Shown in pieces: positions 50,454 through 62,340 of a DNA stretch of 64,000 bases. Made by a program: the position numbers and the translations under genes. Under the pieces are notes generated by a model, which worked only from the letters and a program-made list of their open reading frames with translations, ran no database searches and was not told the origin of the DNA. Every line of letters starts with the position of its first letter. The first letter of the stretch is position 1. The stretch is from Octopus sinensis (lineage: Eukaryota), in the NCBI RefSeq assembly GCF_006345805.1, contig NC_042997.1:204476001-204540000 (forward strand), given 5' to 3'.

Positions 50454-50684
50454 TATTTCTTTACTACCCACAAGGGGCTAAACATAGAGGGGACAAACAA
50501 GGACAGACAAATGGATTAAGTCGATTACATCGACCCAGTGCGAAACTGGTACTTTATTTATCGACCCTGAGAGGATGAAAGGCAAAGTCAACCTCGGTGG
50601 AATTTGAACTCTGAACGTAACGACAGACAAAATACCGCTAAGCATTTCGCCTGGCATGCTAACGTTTCTGCCAGCTCGCCGCCT
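50454..50684 (-). mobile_element. young family D SINE nested in the B-box of an older family D copy, 17-bp TSD
   Basis: TSD tctgaaYtcagaatata at 50437-50453 and 50685-50701. Confidence 0.8.
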
Positions 50685-51094
50685 TCTGAATTCAGAATAT
50701 AAAGATGGATGAAATGTTGTGGTGATGATGATGAGGATTTTTTATTTGCCATTGTAGCATCAATAATAATAATGGCTTTAAATTTTGGCACAAGGTTAAC
50801 AGTTTTTGAGGTGAGGGGGGAGGGAGTCAATTGTATCAACCCCAGTCTCCATTGGTATCTTATTTTATTGACCCTGTAAAGATAAAAGGTAAAACTAACC
50901 TTTTTTTGGTGGGATATGAATTCAGAACGTAAAGAGCTGAAAATAACAACTGTTTCTGACACAGGTACAATTCTAAGAAGAAATGGATTAGCTGATACCA
51001 ACAGCCGTAGTACTTGACTGGTACTTTATTTTATCAACTTTTGAAAGTACATTATTTACTATTGACGGATATTGTCCTCATCTTGTTTGTTGCT

Positions 51095-51137
51095 AACACG
51101 TTTCGGCTGATATACCCTCCAGCCTTCATCAGGTGTC
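51095..51137 (-). ncRNA. hammerhead ribozyme core (left arm)
   Basis: GACAC-CTGATGA-A-GGCTG gagggtatat CAGCC-GAAAC-GTGTT on the minus strand. Confidence 0.65.
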
Positions 51138-51193
51138 TTGGGGAAATTTTGAACCTGGGTTCTCATTCCTAAGGTATTTATCAATGTTGTTGA

Positions 51194-51240
<47 letters not shown>

Positions 51241-51395
51241 TCACTGGAATCGAACTCGGACTCTTGTGGTTAGTAGCCTGCGCTTTTAACCGCAAGATTC
51301 CGAGTTCGATTCCAGGCAGTGACTTGAATAACAATAATAATAACAACATCGAAAACTACCTTAGGAATGAGAACTCAGGTTCGAAATTTCCCCAA

Positions 51396-51438
51396 GACAC
51401 CTGATGAAGGCTGGAGGGTATATCAGCCGAAACGTGTT
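51396..51438 (+). ncRNA. hammerhead ribozyme core (right arm)
   Basis: GACAC-CTGATGA-A-GGCTG gagggtatat CAGCC-GAAAC-GTGTT. Stems I and II are intact; the GUH cleavage triplet appears to be missing. Confidence 0.65.
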
Positions 51439-52034
51439 AACAACAAACAAGATGAGGACAAATATCCGTCAATTGTAAATAATGTACATAATTTTTCATC
51501 TTTTAAATATAGAACTGTATTAACCTTTGAAAATATAAAAGGCAAATTTGATCTCAATGGGATTTGAACCCAGATTATAAACTGCCAGATCAAGTACAGC
51601 AGTGGTTTCTGACTATTTTTTACCTATGGCCTCCTTTAATTACTATTTTACTCTGGTGGACTCCTATAACTATTTGACGTTTAAGAACCAGTTTTATAGA
51701 AATTTCTTTCAAAATTCTGAATTGATGGTCAGAAACATGTTAAATATGTAAAATATTAGAGAAAGAACCCTAACTGATTTTGTAATAAATACATCTGAAG
51801 CAAAATTTTTTCATGGACCCTTAAAATATTGCTATGGATCCTCAATTTATTATTTTGCTTGCATGGATTCCCAAAAATCTTATATTGACCACCAGGAGTC
51901 ATATGTACCTTGTTTGAGAACCACTGAAATGTCAGCAAAGCATTTTTACGTATGCTCTAACAACTGTGCCAGCTCACCACCTTAAATATAACATTTAATT
52001 TAAGGTATGAGGCCAGTAATTTTAAAGGAGTGGG

Positions 52035-52402
52035 CTAAGACTATGCGCCTTCACTGGTCAGTTAAGGTGAGACAGTGTCACATGACAACTTGCTGGGGCT
52101 GCCTACTGGAGCCTAGTGGCAGGTATTTAAAGGGAAAAATTTGACAAGTCAGTCAGTCACCAGCTGACACTCACTGATGATACATCGAAGAGGCCAGGGA
52201 ACAGAAGAAAGAAGAAAGAAGACATGCACCCAACACCAGAGCTGAAGACATCTCCGAAAGAGGAGGCCCTGCCATGTCAAAACGATAGAGGAGTAGGGGC
52301 CGAAACTGGATGTGGTTCCTCCTGATGATGTCTTGAGCTAACTGGATCCTATAAAGGAGCTGTTGTGGTAGCAGACCACAAAAACACGGTTGTAATTCCT
52401 CC
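52035..52402. mobile_element. unclassified 368-bp insertion flanked by a 29-bp direct repeat
   Basis: tatgaggccagtaattttaaagRagtggg at 52006-52034 and 52403-52431. Confidence 0.7.
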
Positions 52403-52954
52403 TATGAGGCCAGTAATTTTAAAGAAGTGGGTTATTCAGTACCATCAATTCTAGTATTTATCAGGTTCGGGGGAAAGGCAAAGATGGAAACAAGGAATTG
52501 GAGAACAACGTACCTTCCATACACAATCTTGTTTTCTTCTGATTTAGCAGAATGGTTAGAACATTGGAAAAAATACCTTGCACTATTTCTTCCAGCTCTT
52601 TACATTCCGAGTTCAAATCCTACCATGCTAAATCAGAAGAAATCAAGATTGTGTATGGAAGGTATGTTGTTCTCCAATTCCTTGTTTCCATTATGATTTA
52701 TCTGCACAATTATATCAAAGTCAAGGTGCTGTTTCTACCACACACTGTTTAACTTCAGAGGAGATATACTTCCATATTACACACAGATATATGCATGCAT
52801 GCGTGCACACACACACACAAACAAACACACACACACACACACACACACATCTACTAACAATGAACAACTGTTTCGTTCAGATATATTTATACTATATACA
52901 AACTCACAATGAAAATATCATATATACAGGTATATTTATATTTTATACACAGGC

Positions 52955-52987
<33 letters not shown>

Positions 52988-53268
52988 ACCACTAACAAAG
53001 AACAACTATTATATACAGATATTCTCATATTCTATGCAGATATATCTCTGCTAACAATGAATGACTCTTACACACAAGTATATTCATATTATATACAGAT
53101 ATATATCTCTGCTAACAAATATCTGTTGTCATCTATTTTTAAAAACGCTGCAGGTAGCTGCCTTATCTTTAACCTAAAAAACAAGCAAAGTCTTTTATGC
53201 TTCCACATCTAATGCACACTTTTCGGATTTGGGGTCAGCTTTCTGATAACGACTTGACTCGAGCCCTT

Positions 53269-53269
<1 letters not shown>

Positions 53270-53303
<34 letters not shown>

Positions 53304-53580
53304 TTACTACTACCACTACCACTACTACCGCCACCATCACCACCACCTCCACCACTACCACTACCACCACCACCACTACCACTACTACCACCACCACCAA
53401 CACCACTACCACCACCATGACCACCACCACGACCACGACCACGACCACGACCACCACGACCACAACCACCACCACCACCACCACCACCACCACTACTACT
53501 ACTACTACTACACTACTACTACTACTACTACTACTACAACTACTACTACTACTACTACTACATCACTATTGTTGTTGTTA
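53270..53580. repeat. compound trinucleotide array (TAC)(CAC)(GAC)(TAC)(GTT)
   Basis: Directly visible; source of poly-Y/H/T/V ORFs. Confidence 0.97.
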
Positions 53581-53669
53581 AGACAACAATGACAGCAAAC
53601 AATGAAGGAGCTTTTAAATAGGAACAAGTTGTGTGTGTGTGTGTGTGTGTGATGGGGAGCACGGCCTGT

Positions 53670-53850
53670 TAAGGATATGTCCCATGTCTTCCTGCGTCTG
53701 CCTCTTCCACAGGTTCCCACCCCGGTTAGAGATCAACACTTTATGCAGCTGCCTTCATCCACAAGCATTATATGACCATACCAGAGCACATTACATCTGA
53801 TTCCGTTTACACCCAACTTTCCATTTGAAATATTCATACTGTCATATATA
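53670..53850 (-). mobile_element. RTE LINE C-terminal fragment
   Basis: Minus strand ..SCIK.C.SL...GTCGRGRRRKTWD. Confidence 0.7.
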
Positions 53851-54097
53851 TATCGTCGATCGTCATCATCACCATCATCATCATCATCATCATATAGGTG
53901 CAAGCATGGCTGTGTGGTAAGAAGCCTGCTTCCCAGCCATATGGTTCAGGGTTCAGCCCCGCTCTGTGGTATCTTGGGCAAGTGTCTTCTACTATGGTGT
54001 CAGGTCAATCAAAGCCTTGCGAGTGGATTTGGTAGATGGAAACTGAGAGATGATCATTGTATATACGTGTGTATGTGTATATACATACATACATACA

Positions 54098-54129
<32 letters not shown>

Positions 54130-54130
<1 letters not shown>

Positions 54131-54500
54131 CATCGTCATTTAACATCTGCTTTCCATGCTAGCATGGGTTGGACGGTTTGACTGAGGGCTGGTGAACAAG
54201 ATGGCTGCACCAGGCTCCAGTCTTGATCTGGCAGAGTTTCTATAGCTGGATGCCCTTCCTAATGCCAACCACTCCAAGAGTGTAGTGGGTGCTTTTACAT
54301 GCCACCGGCACGGGGGCCAGTCAGGTGGTACTGGCAATGACCTCGCTTGAATCTTTTTACACATGTCACTGGCACAGGTGCCAGTAAGGCGATGCTGGTA
54401 ACAAGCCCACTCGAATGGTGCCTTTTACATGCCAACGACACGGAAGCCAGTTAGCCGTTCTGGCAATGATCATGCTCGGATGGTGCTCTTTGCACCCTAC
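54130..54500 (-). mobile_element. RTE-derived 3' tail repeat
   Basis: Same tail and tandem motif as 2301-2655; others at 29300-29545, 48610-48850, 48965-49345, 59035-59345. Confidence 0.8.
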
Positions 54501-54518
54501 TAGCATAGGGCACAAGTG

Positions 54519-54554
<36 letters not shown>

Positions 54555-56359
54555 TATATGTGTGTGTGTATCTTTGTGTCAGTGTTTGAATCCTTCCCTG
54601 CCCCACTGCTTGACAACTGGTGCTGGTGTCTGTTACATCCCCATAACTTAGCAGTTTGGCAAAGGGACCAATAGAATATGTACCTGGCTTTCAAAAAAAA
54701 AGGAAGAAAACAATTATGGGGTTGATACATTTGACTAAAAATTCTTCAAGGCAGTGCCCCAGCATGACAGCAGTGTAATGACTGAAACAAGAGAAAAACA
54801 AAAAGTAAAATATGTGTGTGTGTGCATGTGTGCATGTGTGTGTGTGTGTGTGAGTATGTGTGTGTGTGTCTTTGTGTTTGTGCTTGTCGCTCACCACTGC
54901 TTGACAACCGGTGCTGGTTTGTTTACATCCTCATAACTTAGTGGTTCAGCAAAAAGATACCAATAGAATAGAGGGTGTGGGGGTGGGGGAATCCATTCAA
55001 CTAAAAATTCTTCAAGGCAGCGCCACTGCATGGCCGCATTCTAATGACCAAAACAAGTAAAAGACAGAAGATAGAAGATGTGACTTTATGTCAGGATTTC
55101 TGAAGAGCCACATCATTGGTTACAGGTTTCCAATCAACCAATCAGCGGTTCATTGCATTTCTGACTAAGAAAGTAGTGACAGAGAGTGTGTAACCTGATG
55201 CAGTACACACAACGCAAGACCCACACATGTACACCCCAGCCCACACCCTCCCTCTCACACATGCGCATAATTATTATTATTATAATTATTCGACTGAAGC
55301 CATATGTTGTTATTTGTGAGTTTCCGCATGTTCATGCTTCTTCTGATGGCAGCTATTCAATAGAATAGCGGGGGGAAAAGCAAAAACAAAAACAACAAAA
55401 GAAATACAATAAACAGGAGATACTGAAGCAAAATGGCAAAGAACATACTAATCGCATCGGTTAAAGGAAGCCTCGCATTATGTTAATGCCTGAAATATAG
55501 TGTAATTCACACACACACACTCTATCACACATACACAAAAACTTTTATGGAATTAAGAATCAGATATTCTTGTTGTTCAACTGTTTGCATTCACTGCCTA
55601 AGATGAAGTCACATGCCTGAGAGAAATACCAAAAGTAAGTTTACTGAAAGAAATTATGTCACTTATGCATTCATATTGAAGGTCATGACTGGATCTTGCA
55701 TATGTATTGTAGGTGATTGTTAGCTCCAGTTTTACAGGTTTCAAAGCAAAAGTGCTTGAGTGTTGGATCCACGCCCATCTGTTGATTAAATGTTCAGTTT
55801 GTGAATCTCAGTTTCAGAATTCAAAAATACAACTTGTGGTTCCAAGCTGAAAGTTTTAAGTTAAAAATCAAATATACGTGAGGAGGCATGAAACCCCTGT
55901 ATAGCAAGAAGCCTGTACTGTTTTGACTGCTTCTTTCATACTTTAACCCTTCATCTCCTTGCATAAATCCACTTCTCTTGGACTTTGTAGTCCTGCAAGT
56001 TGCAAGGTAACCGCACTTGTCTGGTGCACACTCAACAGTGGTTGGCATTAGGAAGGGTTTCCAGTAGTAGAAACTTTGCCAAAGTAGGCAGTGGAGTATG
56101 ATGCAGTCATAGGGCCCATTAAACTATCAAACTCATGTCAGCATAGCACATGGACGTTAAATGATGACGATGATGATGATGATAATTGATCAAATTTATT
56201 TTTAATTGTGACTACATATTTTTATGCAAGACACATAATGCCCAATATAGGATGGAATGGTCAAATCTAGAATGGCTTTGTCTATAAGTCTGCTTGATGA
56301 AGGCTGAATATAGAGATAAACAACAACACTCAGCACCAAAAGAAAATAATAAAACCTGA

Positions 56360-56726
56360 GCCAAACCAACAATACCTGTTGTCATAGGTGCTCTGGGAAT
56401 GATAGCAAAAGGGGCTGATTGCTACCTAACTCAGATACCAGGAAACCCCAAAATGGCAGAAATTCAAAAGATAGTGCTCATGGGAACTGCTCATATCCTA
56501 CGTAAAATACTTTCTATGTAATCTCAAGTTTTAAAACAAACATAATTTTCGTATGGTGTTTTAGGCATTCACTAGTACAACACTAAGTACAAAAGCAAAT
56601 ATATGGTACCCTAGGCATAACACCAACACAAACTTCCAACTTGTTGTCTCTTGAGGTCTCTGGGTGAGACTTGGAGCCAACTTGTGCAAATGCAAAGCAA
56701 AAGTCAAACATAGAATAATAATAATA

Positions 56727-56762
<36 letters not shown>
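56360..56762 (+). mobile_element. 5'-truncated R4/Dong-like LINE 3' end with (AAT)n tail
   Basis: 56366-56521 encodes PTIPVVIGALGMIAKGADCYLTQIPGNPKMAEIQKIVLMGTAHILRKILSM*, followed by a 3' UTR and (AAT)n. Confidence 0.8.
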
Positions 56763-56763
<1 letters not shown>

Positions 56764-56975
56764 CCTTTCTATTATAGGCACAAGGCGTGAAATTTGGGGA
56801 AGGGGGACAGTCAATTACATCAACCCTCAGTACTCAACTGGTACTTAATTTATCGACCCTGAAAGAATGAAAGGTAAAATTGACCTCAGCAGAATTTGAA
56901 CTCAGAACGTAGCAATGGGTGAAATACTGCTAAGCATTTCGCCAGTGTGCTAACAATTCTACCAGCTCACCACCT

Positions 56976-57006
56976 CAACAACAACAACAACAACAGCAGC
57001 AGCTGC

Positions 57007-57044
<38 letters not shown>

Positions 57045-57052
57045 CGACGACG

Positions 57053-57112
<60 letters not shown>

Positions 57113-57125
57113 CAACAACTACTGC
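56976..57125. repeat. (AAC)n microsatellite at the head of a family D SINE
   Basis: Directly visible. Confidence 0.95.
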
Positions 57126-57739
57126 TACCAAACCAAAGATATTACAGGTAAATATGACCATCATGGAACTAGAACTAAATACAAACCTGGGTATATTGTC
57201 TGACTCCCTACAGTTTCTGCTACTTCAGAAATACTAATTATTGTTTATGATACAATGGGAAATAGAATTGAATAAATAATATTGGTTTTTGGATTATTAC
57301 ACTATCATTTATATTATATCAAGTGTTATATTTATCAGTGAGATTATTGATGTCATGTTCATCACATTATGATAAACATCTATATTCTATTATTTTATAT
57401 TTTTATTATATTCTATTATTAAATATATTATGAACCGATATCACATTTATACACTGCCATTGTTGATATCATGGTTGAAATATCAAATTTATTCAATGAT
57501 ATCATATGATTTTACATTTATACAGAAATATTATACGTGCATCATATTTATATGATAGGTTCAAAGATTGTTATACCTGAGAATGGTGGTGGGGATAAGC
57601 TACCACTACATAGAAAAATATTCTCATAAATTGTGTATCTCAAATAGCTTCTTGACAACCAAGTCCAACTCCTGGTCTGCATGATGGCTAGATGTTAGCC
57701 TGGTTAAACTGCTTCATGCTGATGGAAGAATATACAAAG

Positions 57740-57900
57740 CAGGTTACTGGTACCAAAAAACCAGTTGCTTATGAGTAGAGAGAGCTCATTGTCCTGGAAA
57801 GCAGTCCATCTAAGAAAGGAAACTCTGATGTAAAACCACTGCTGCCATATGGGCTGGTGTGAACAAGATGGATCTCGGTTACATCTGAGACATCCAGCAG
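57740..57900 (+). mobile_element. RTE-type LINE 5' region remnant
   Basis: gcagtccatctaagaaaggaaactctgatgtaaaacc resembles the conserved RTE 5' motif (agaaggaaaactctgaattcaaacc). Confidence 0.45.
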
Positions 57901-58985
57901 CCAGCTGCAACCACCCAAACTGAATCCAGCATGTTACCAACCCCAATGGTACTACTGGTGAAGCAGGTGGCCAAATGCATGGGCCTTGTGATTGCAACAC
58001 ATGGTTCAACTTAAACAAAATCACATGAAGGCCATCTGTGGCTTGAACAATGAATTTCTCTTCTCCTTGCACCCATCAAGATGAAGAGGCTCAATCAGTG
58101 GCTACAGAGCTACTACTCATATTTATACATGGATACCACTGGTACTGTATTTATACATGGCAACACTACTTCCTTCATGCTTATACTCTAACCTATTTCT
58201 TTATTACCCACAAGGGGCTAAACACAGAGGGGACAAACAAGAACAGACAAATGCATTAAGTCGATTACATCGACCCCAGTGTGTAACTGGTACTTAATTT
58301 ATCGACCCCGAAAGGATGAAAGGCAAAGTCAACCTCGGCAGAATTTGAACTCAGAACGTATACGCTAACCATTGACACCACTGTGAAAGTGCATGGCCTC
58401 ATGGGAAGACTGTTGTGCTGATGATCGTTAAGTCACATGTTCGATTCTCGAGGTGGTTGGCATGTTGTATGTACCCTTGAGCAAGGTACTTCATTTCAGG
58501 TCACTCAAGTATACTCAACTGTAGCTTTCTCAATGGACTGATGTCCTGTTCAATGGAAAGTGTTGTATTCTCAATCTAAATACAATTGAAATACCATTTA
58601 GTTCTGGCCACATGAATGTCATAGGATCAAAGCTCACTGATATCGTGTTTATAGATTACACTGACCACTGATATATTTATACGTGGAACATTGTCAAGGA
58701 AACTGATATGTGGTCACTCAACCTGCGAGGAATAGTAGTGAAATCACTCTTGAATTGGATTTCATGATCTTAGAAAAAGAACACACTGCATAATATGGGT
58801 TGTCACAGTTGGGATTCCTTTGATCATTGGTCTACTTGATAACAACTGACCTGGGTTAAACAACAACTGAACACTGATATCATATTGTTATCGTGTTTAT
58901 AAACAATATTGCTGATAATAATACTGCACACTGGTATGCATGTGTGTATGTGTGTGCATATATATATATATAATAATAATAATAA

Positions 58986-59028
<43 letters not shown>

Positions 59029-60160
59029 TCATCATCATCATCGTTTAACATTCGTTTCCCATGCTAGCATGGGTTGGACGGTTTGACCGGGGTCTGGGAA
59101 GCCAGGAGGCTGCACCAGGCACCAGTCTGATCTGGCAGTGTTTCTACAGCTGGATGCCCTTCCTAACGCCAACCACTCCGTGAGTGTAGTGGGTGCTTTT
59201 TACGTGCCACCGGCACAGGGGCTAGAGGAAATTGGCAAACTGCTTTTACGTGTCGCCAACACGGACGCCAGTCAGGCGGTGCTGGCATCTGCCACGTTCG
59301 GACAGTGCTTTTCTTTTAATGTGTCACCGGCACGGGTGTCTTAACTACTATTTCCATTCAATTTTCTTTTGACGTATGTGTGTATATATATATATATATG
59401 CATACACACATATACACATACCCATATATTCATATATACACACATACATACATACATATATACGCACACATACGTATACATATACACAAGCATTAATCTC
59501 TATGTGCAAATACAAATATATAAGTAATTACAAAACTGATAATTAATAATCCAAAATTCATTAACAAACAATTGTGCATTAATTTTAATTTTTCTTTATT
59601 ATAACGAAGGGTCACAATGATATTGTGTAGGATCACACCACTTGAATGTCTAGTATAAATAAATACCTGTTTAAATTCCCCCACCGTATATGGTAGACAT
59701 CAGGTTTGTAATAGAAACCATCCCCACAAAGGGGATGAGGGGATGAGAGGATGAAAAAAGCTAGATGCTGCCAACAGTTTAGCAGTTTGGGGTTGGAATG
59801 ACTATTAAATAAGGGAAGACTTCAACTGTTATAATAGTTGTGTTTATATTTATTTTCTCCTATCTGCTTTTCTTTTTCTCTGTGCAGCAAAAACTGGACT
59901 CAGAGGGTCAGGTACAGGGTTTTAATTCTCAGATTAAAGAGATTTCAAGTCCACTGGCAGTCATTAAAATCCTTGAAAAAAGCAAAATACCTATTTTCTA
60001 TCTCCAGCAAATATAAATAAATATATGGAATCTTATATGTATGTATGTAAATGTGTATGTAGTTTCAATCCTCATTGAAATCAGGCCCTGATTTTACTAC
60101 AAGATTAATGAGATGTGTATATTTATTTATTTAATTATTCATGTACCCATATTCTATTAA

Positions 60161-60382
60161 CCCTTTCATTACTGTATTTATTTTGAAATGTTCTCTACTT
60201 CCTTCAATTAATTTTAAATATAACAAAGAATTTAGTAAAATTACTTCATTATCATTAAGCTAGTGTTAGGAACATAAATTGTGACTAAGGTTTGGTGGAA
60301 GATTTTAATTCAAAATTTATGAAACCAAGACATTTGTACTACAGAGCCAGAGCCGGTTTCAGCTGGGTTGGTATTGAAAGGG
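60161..60382. mobile_element. piggyBac-type MITE
   Basis: TTAA|ccctttcattac ... gtattgaaaggg|TTAA; homologue of 28313-28532. Confidence 0.88.
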
Positions 60383-61279
60383 TTAATAAAAAAAATCTAA
60401 GACCCTTGTGCCCTGTCAAACTTGAACACTTTTGTCTGAAATTCAAAGGTTTATTTTTATAATTGTAAAAATGTGTAAACAGAGTGACAGAGGGACTATA
60501 GTTGTTATTCTTTTACCCCAGAACTATGATTGAAGGGATACTAGTCATAAACATTCCATTTTTGTAGGGAATGGTTATATTTAGGACCACATTACCTAAT
60601 ATGTCCATTCTTTTTTAAGGCACTAGAGTGTTGTTTAAGGGGTGTTTGGTTGGCATTTCTAGCAAACTGTGTGACTGCATAGTCTATCCCTAGTTGCTTT
60701 GATAGCAAAGATGCTTGTGGGCTGGACCCTTACTGGGGGAAGTATTGAACTTACTTCTTACAATGGGTCATCTCCATAACAAATACCATACCCAACAGGT
60801 TAAGAAATGTTTACGTAAAGCTATGAATAAAAAAATAAGCAAAAATCAAAAAGATAAATAAAACCAAATAAAACAAAAAAATAATGAACCAACAAATGAC
60901 ACCTGCATTAAGCTAGAAATAGAAGTCAAATCTTCCTTAAATCCCACCTAACCATCTTAGGGAAAAGAAGGATATGCTGAATAATGTAATACTAGGTGCA
61001 TTGTGATGAAGAAAAATAATGAGAAGGTCATGGATGGAATATCTTTCATTATAAGTCTGCTCTATCAAGGCTAACCCAGGGTAGAAGAAGAAGAAGAAGA
61101 AAAAGAAGAAGAAGAACAAGAACAACAACAACAACAACTATAACAAATAAACAAAGAGTTGGATATTCTCGAAATGTAACTGGAATGATAGGAACTTGTG
61201 CCTGTGTCTCTGTCCTGTGGACAATAACAAAGAGACAAGAACACAAGGAGGTAGATTGATACACACAGATTATCAAACA

Positions 61280-61635
61280 CATACTCTTCTATGTGTTTCA
61301 GTCATTTGAATGTGGTCATGCTGGAGCACCGCTTTTACTCGAATATACTGACCCCAAGACTTATTTTTTGTAAGCCTAGTACTTATTCTATCAGTCTCTT
61401 TTGCTGAACAGCTAAGTTATGGGGACATAAACACACCAACATCAGTTGTCAAGCGATGGTGGGGGACAAACACAAACACACAAATACATACATCCATACA
61501 TATACGACAGGCTTCTTTCAGTTTCTATCTACCAAATCTACTCACAAGGCTTTGGTCAGCTCGAGGTGCCATGCAGTAGGATTGAACCTGGAACCATGTG
61601 GTTGGGAAGCAAGCTTCTTACCACACAGCCTCTAT
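61280..61635 (-). mobile_element. family B SINE
   Basis: Reverse complement of the 6126-6532 family with an internal deletion. Confidence 0.8.
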
Positions 61636-62032
61636 ACTGTTCACTTAAATAGTAACAATTCTTAATATAGGTAAGAGTTCAATCTTCAGTTAAATTATCT
61701 CAATTTATGCGGTTTGGTAAAGCTAAGAACATTACAATTGCCCCATTTTTCCTATGCAAATATACACCCTAAGGCTGATGGTGTCAATGTAAGAAATCAA
61801 CGAGTACCCAGCTGTTAGCTAAGCAATTGCCATGGAGACCTCTCTACATCTCTATACACAACGGAGTAATACATTCAAGAGGCAAAAATGAATAAATAAG
61901 TAAATAAAATATAACCTGAACTATTAATATACTTGGAACTGAGGAAAGTCGCCAACAACAAGGAGAAAATTTGGAAACAATACCGACTATAATAGTATGT
62001 ATAACTTCAACGATAACAACAGCTACAACTAT

Positions 62033-62067
<35 letters not shown>

Positions 62068-62093
62068 CAGTAAATACAAATTTTGAAACTTAC

Positions 62094-62125
62094 GCAACAC
62101 GATCAGTCAGAGAAACTTCGGACAT
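62094..62125 (-). CDS. candidate first coding exon, MSEVSLTDRV(A), phase 2; product unknown
   Basis: First ATG downstream of a TATA box, in-frame upstream TAA, only open frame to a perfect GC|GTAAGT donor at 62094/62093; local CpG retention. Confidence 0.5.
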
Positions 62126-62244
62126 CGTTTATAGCCCAGGTTTGGCTGATGGCTGCCACTGGTAAAACGTTAAGCTGGAGAGCTAGGAATGTGTCGGCTT
62201 AGTATGAAGAAGGGAAGAACAAGAAAGAGGTGGTATATTCTATC

Positions 62245-62340
62245 TGGAGAAAGATCACGCCTTCGCTTTTATAAGGTAGTAAGTAATACTGAACAGGTGT
62301 GAGAGAAGTTAGGTAGTTGCAGAGTCTTCTTTTTGCGTCA
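62245..62340 (-). promoter_or_regulatory. candidate TATA-box core promoter with CRE/ATF-like and E-box motifs
   Basis: TATAAAAG at 62273-62266 with CCAGAT A(+1) at 62245, 28 nt downstream; TGACGCAA at 62340-62333; CACCTG at 62301-62296. Confidence 0.5.

Larger units (their letters stand above)
51047..51520. mobile_element. inverted dimer of a tRNA-headed, hammerhead-bearing element with 12-bp TSD
   Basis: 51047-51272 is the reverse complement of 51287-51487; TSD-like YaacYtttgaaa at 51035-51046 and 51521-51532; inserted within a family D SINE. Confidence 0.8.

Noticed and set aside
53197-53592. His/Tyr/Thr-rich 131-aa ORF
   Set aside because: Pure compound trinucleotide array, not a credible metal-binding protein gene.
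57704-58072. 122-aa minus ORF
   Set aside because: Antisense to an RTE-like 5' remnant; no recognisable domain.
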